64,000 bases of DNA from an uncultured Gammaproteobacteria bacterium. GTDB lineage: Bacteria; Pseudomonadota; Gammaproteobacteria; Xanthomonadales; Xanthomonadaceae. Positions within the stretch are counted from its first letter, which is position 1; each line of letters opens with the position of its first letter. Positions 61,040-64,000 of the stretch are shown piece by piece. The stretch covers positions 3,111,219 through 3,175,218 of the forward strand of contig OY970231.1 of the NCBI GenBank assembly GCA_963714135.1, in the 5' to 3' direction. Under the pieces are notes generated by a model. The model saw only the letters and a list, made by a program, of their open reading frames with translations. It did no database searches and was not told the origin of the DNA. Made by a program: the position numbers and the translations under genes.

Positions 61040-63727
61040 ATGGATACGTCGCGGCTAAAGGTCGTGATCGACGGGCGGCAATGCCTGTTACCGCCCGGGA
61101 TGACGGTACTGCAGGCGCTGCGCATGCAGGGCATCGAGCTTCCAACTCTGTGTCACGACGATCGGCTGGCGCCGATCGGACAGTGCTGGTCGTGCGCGGT
61201 GGAATTGGCAGCCGCGGACGGACTGCCGTTCCAAAATCGCCCGGCCTGTCGCGAACGATTGCACGAGGGCTGCCAGATTCGCTCGGCCAGTCCGGCCCTC
61301 GATGCTTTCCGGCGCAATCTGCTCGAACAACTGGCCGGCAACGTCGCCCCCGATGAGCTGGAACGCTTCCCCGAAAAACCATTGCACCGGCTATTGCGAA
61401 CCTGGCAGATCGCCGCGCGTGCGCCACTGACAGACCCCGTGTCGGTGGACAGCTCGCATCCGTACATCCGTGTCGACATGAGCCGCTGCATCGCATGCCG
61501 GCGTTGCGTACGAATCTGCGACGACTTGCAAGGCCAATCGGTCTGGCATGTACTCGGCCGCGGCGATGAACTGCGCATTGCCACCACCGGCGATGTGCCA
61601 CTCGTCGAAAGCCAATGCGTGGGTTGCGGCGCCTGCGTCGATACCTGCCCCACCGCCGCATTGACCGATGCCCGCGCTTGGCGTGAACCCGCCGCGACAT
61701 CGTGGACGCGCACGGTATGTCCGTATTGTGGTGTCGGCTGCGAACTCGAAATCGGCGTGGCCGGCGCTCGCATCGTCGCCACGCGGCCGGTGCTCGATGC
61801 GCCGGTGAACAAGGGCCATCTTTGCGTGAAGGGCCGCTACGCGCATGCCTTCGTCGATGCCGCCGACCGTGTCGCCACGCCCCGGCTTCGGCGCAACGGC
61901 CGATGGCACAACACCGATTGGGACGAGGCGATCGCCTTCGCCGCCGATGGCCTGCATCGCATCATCACCGAGCACGGGCCGGATGCGGTCGGCGTGCTCG
62001 GTTCCTCGCGAGCAACCAACGAGGAGAACTACCTCACCCAGAAATTCGCGCGCATCGCCATCGGCACCAACAATGTCGATTGCTGTGCGCGCGTTTGCCA
62101 CACGCCCAGTGCGGCGGCGCTCAAGCACATGCTCGGCACGGGCGCGGCCACCAACAGTTTCGACGACATCGAACAGGCCTCGTGCTTTCTCGTGGTCGGC
62201 GCCAATCCGCTGGAGAACCACCCGGTCGTCGGCGCGCGCATCCGCCAGCAGGTGCGGCGTGGCGCCCGGCTGATCGTGATCGACCCGCGCCGCACCGAGC
62301 TGGCGGAAATCGCCGACGTGCATCTGGCATTGCGCCCGGGCAGCAATGTGCCCTTGTTCAATGCCATGGCGCAGGTGTTGTTTGCCGAAAACCTGGTCGA
62401 TCGTGCCTATCTGGCGGCGATGACCGATGGTGCGGTGCCGTTCGTCCGGTTCGTGGCGGCGTGGACACCAGAACGCGCGGCCGATATCTGTGCGGTGGAT
62501 GCCGATGCAATCCGGCGCGCGGCGAGACTGTATGCCAGCGCGCGGCCATCGATGTGCCTGCACGGGCTGGGCGTGACCGAGCATGCGCAAGGCACGCAAG
62601 GTGTGATGGCACTGATCGACCTGGCGTTGTTGACCGGCAATCTTGGCCGGCCCGGCAGCGGCATCAATCCATTGCGCGGACAGAACAACGTGCAAGGCGC
62701 GGCGCTGATGGGCTGCGATCCGGCGACCTTGACCGGCTCGGTGCGCCTGTCCAGTGCGCGGGCCTCGTTCGAAGCTGCCTGGGGCGCAGCCTTGCCGCAC
62801 AGGCCGGGACTGAATCTGCTGGGCATGATCGACCATGCGAAAGCGGGCCGGATCAAGGCTTTGTACGTGATCGGCTACGACATTCTCGGCAGTCTCGCCA
62901 ACGCGAGCGAAACCGCGGCGGCCTTGGCGAAACTGGACCTGCTGATCGTCCAGGACTTGTTCATCAACGAAACCGCGCGATCGTTCGCGCATGTGTTCCT
63001 GCCGGCGGCCTCGAGCTTCGAGAAGGACGGCACCTTCACCAACTCCGAACGGCGGATACAACGTGTGCGGCGCGTGCTGACCCCGCGTGGCCTGGCACTG
63101 GCCGATGGCGAAATCATCTGTCGCCTGGCCGCCGCGCTCGGCCACGGCGAGCAATTTCCGCAAGCGGCACCCGAAGCGGTGTGGAATGAAGTCCGGCGAC
63201 TGTGGCCCGATGGCGCGGGCATCAGCTACGGACGAATCGAGCGGCACGGACTGCAATGGCCCTGCCGCGACCTGGACGATCCCGGCACGCGCGTGCTGCA
63301 CCAATCGCACTTCGCCGGTGGTCAACGCGCGAAGCTGGAGCCGATCGACTACCACCCGACCGATGAGCGTACCGATGCGCACTATCCGTTCCTGCTCACC
63401 ACCGGACGCACGCTGCACCAGTTCAATGTCGCCACGATGACCGGCCGCACTCCGCAACAGGTGCTGCGCCCGACCGACACGCTCGATATGAGCCCGTCCG
63501 ATGCGCGGCAACTGAACCTGCGCGATGGCATGCCGGTGCGCATCCGGAGCCGCTATGGCCAGACGGTACTGCCGCTGCGAGTGAGCGAGGCGATATCGCC
63601 GGGACAACTGTTCGCCAGCTTCCACGATCCGGAGCGGGCATTGAATCGGGTGACCGGCCCGGTGCGCGATTCGGTGACGGGAGCCCCCGAGTACAAGGTC
63701 ACCGCCGTGAATGTGGCGCTGGCCTGA
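61040..63727 (+). CDS. Formate dehydrogenase alpha subunit-like molybdopterin oxidoreductase (Cys-type, with N-terminal 2Fe-2S and 4Fe-4S domains)
   Basis: 2Fe-2S ferredoxin N-terminus (LCHDDRLAPIGQCWSCAV). Two 4Fe-4S motifs (CIACRRCVRICD, CVGCGACVDTCP). MopB 4Fe-4S (CPYCGVGC). Active-site CARVCHTPS, with Cys where FdhF has Sec. C-terminal molybdopterin dinucleotide-binding domain. Confidence 0.85.
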   Translation: MDTSRLKVVIDGRQCLLPPGMTVLQALRMQGIELPTLCHDDRLAPIGQCWSCAVELAAADGLPFQNRPACRERLHEGCQIRSASPALDAFRRNLLEQLAGNVAPDELERFPEKPLHRLLRTWQIAARAPLTDPVSVDSSHPYIRVDMSRCIACRRCVRICDDLQGQSVWHVLGRGDELRIATTGDVPLVESQCVGCGACVDTCPTAALTDARAWREPAATSWTRTVCPYCGVGCELEIGVAGARIVATRPVLDAPVNKGHLCVKGRYAHAFVDAADRVATPRLRRNGRWHNTDWDEAIAFAADGLHRIITEHGPDAVGVLGSSRATNEENYLTQKFARIAIGTNNVDCCARVCHTPSAAALKHMLGTGAATNSFDDIEQASCFLVVGANPLENHPVVGARIRQQVRRGARLIVIDPRRTELAEIADVHLALRPGSNVPLFNAMAQVLFAENLVDRAYLAAMTDGAVPFVRFVAAWTPERAADICAVDADAIRRAARLYASARPSMCLHGLGVTEHAQGTQGVMALIDLALLTGNLGRPGSGINPLRGQNNVQGAALMGCDPATLTGSVRLSSARASFEAAWGAALPHRPGLNLLGMIDHAKAGRIKALYVIGYDILGSLANASETAAALAKLDLLIVQDLFINETARSFAHVFLPAASSFEKDGTFTNSERRIQRVRRVLTPRGLALADGEIICRLAAALGHGEQFPQAAPEAVWNEVRRLWPDGAGISYGRIERHGLQWPCRDLDDPGTRVLHQSHFAGGQRAKLEPIDYHPTDERTDAHYPFLLTTGRTLHQFNVATMTGRTPQQVLRPTDTLDMSPSDARQLNLRDGMPVRIRSRYGQTVLPLRVSEAISPGQLFASFHDPERALNRVTGPVRDSVTGAPEYKVTAVNVALA

Positions 63728-63781
63728 GGCTGTGCGGGCAACGATGCGCCCGCCTGCGGCCGGGCATCACCCTGCGCCATG

Positions 63782-63795
63782 TTGATCGAGGTCAA
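63782..63795. promoter_or_regulatory. FNR/FixK-type box TTGAT-CGAG-GTCAA upstream of hap
   Basis: 9/10 match. Centre is about 67 nt upstream of ATG 63856, compatible with a class II (-41.5) activator position and a short leader. Confidence 0.5.
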
Positions 63796-63855
63796 CTCAC
63801 GCGTGATCGCGGTCTGCGATGGTGGCCCAGTCCGGTCCACCTGCGAGAAATTGCC

Positions 63856-64000
63856 ATGTCCACGCTCTGGGTTCTGGTTGCCGATGGCGCGAAGGCGCGA
63901 ATGTTCTCCTTGGCCGAGGACGCGGGCCCGTTGGCCGAGATCGAGGATTTCATCAATCCCGATGGCCGTGCCGCCGGGCGCGATCTATCGCGCAACCGTC
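63856..64000 (+). CDS. Host attachment protein (Hap) family, 3'-truncated by the window edge
   Basis: Not in the track because no stop falls inside the window. My translation is MSTLWVLVADGAKARMFSLAEDAGPLAEIEDFINPDGRAAGRDLSRNR, which matches the Hap-family N-terminus pattern (TW.LVAD...AR.F). Confidence 0.7.
   Translation, partial: MSTLWVLVADGAKARMFSLAEDAGPLAEIEDFINPDGRAAGRDLSRNR

Noticed and set aside
61391-63625. 744-aa minus-strand ORF
   Set aside because: Antisense to the formate-dehydrogenase-like gene, which has Fe-S and molybdopterin motifs in the correct order.

Overview
High-GC proteobacterial chromosomal window. My spot counts give about 65-68% GC in core genes. I call 46 protein-coding genes, one of them an amber-interrupted pseudogene. 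I found no rRNA, tRNA, CRISPR array, IS element, transposase or integrase.

Two real genes are missing from the ORF track because they run off the window edges: a 5.7-kb NRPS at the left edge and a host-attachment-protein gene at the right edge.

Layout:
1. 1-14.2 kb: minus-strand secondary-metabolite operon. Order is JmjC/cupin oxygenase, then a 2481-aa hybrid megasynthase (degenerate half C domain-A-PCP-KS-AT-ACP-aminotransferase), then an ATGA-coupled NRPS (C-A-PCP-C-A...). An Sfp-type PPTase lies at 16.9-17.7 kb.
2. 14.3-21.6 kb: J-domain membrane protein, polyprenyl-phosphate sugar transferase, methyltransferase, RES/Xre toxin-antitoxin pair, cfa.
3. 21.7-28.1 kb: lexA, a 2.5-kb low-GC islet (amber-interrupted lipoprotein gene plus an orphan 395-aa gene), then a coupled MrfA/YprA-type DUF1998 helicase and DEDDh exonuclease.
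4. 28-35 kb: MocR regulator, small membrane proteins, pirin, Dps, short-type cytochrome bd with a coupled 41-aa third ORF, DoxX.
5. 35-39 kb: REC-PAS-GGDEF-EAL protein divergent from two tandem Crp-like paralogs.
6. 39.5-51.5 kb: carbohydrate block. Glucoamylase-family/GH144-like gene, FAD disulfide reductase, phosphoketolase and acetate kinase converge on HAD, transaldolase, MFS and transketolase.
7. 51.9-64 kb: OmpR-type regulator plus hybrid kinase, an FNR/FixK-class regulator, a miniaturised class II RNR homologue, DUF883, Hsp20, MgtA, DUF2934, Cys-type formate dehydrogenase alpha, and hap.

Most notable findings:
- The amino-acid-primed KS-AT-ACP-aminotransferase loading line.
- Four TTGA-N6-TCAA (FNR/FixK) boxes within 8.2 kb, suggesting a low-oxygen stimulon.
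- The catalytically gutted RNR-like protein that sits behind the one perfect box.

All functional calls rest on motif recognition by eye, not on database searches.
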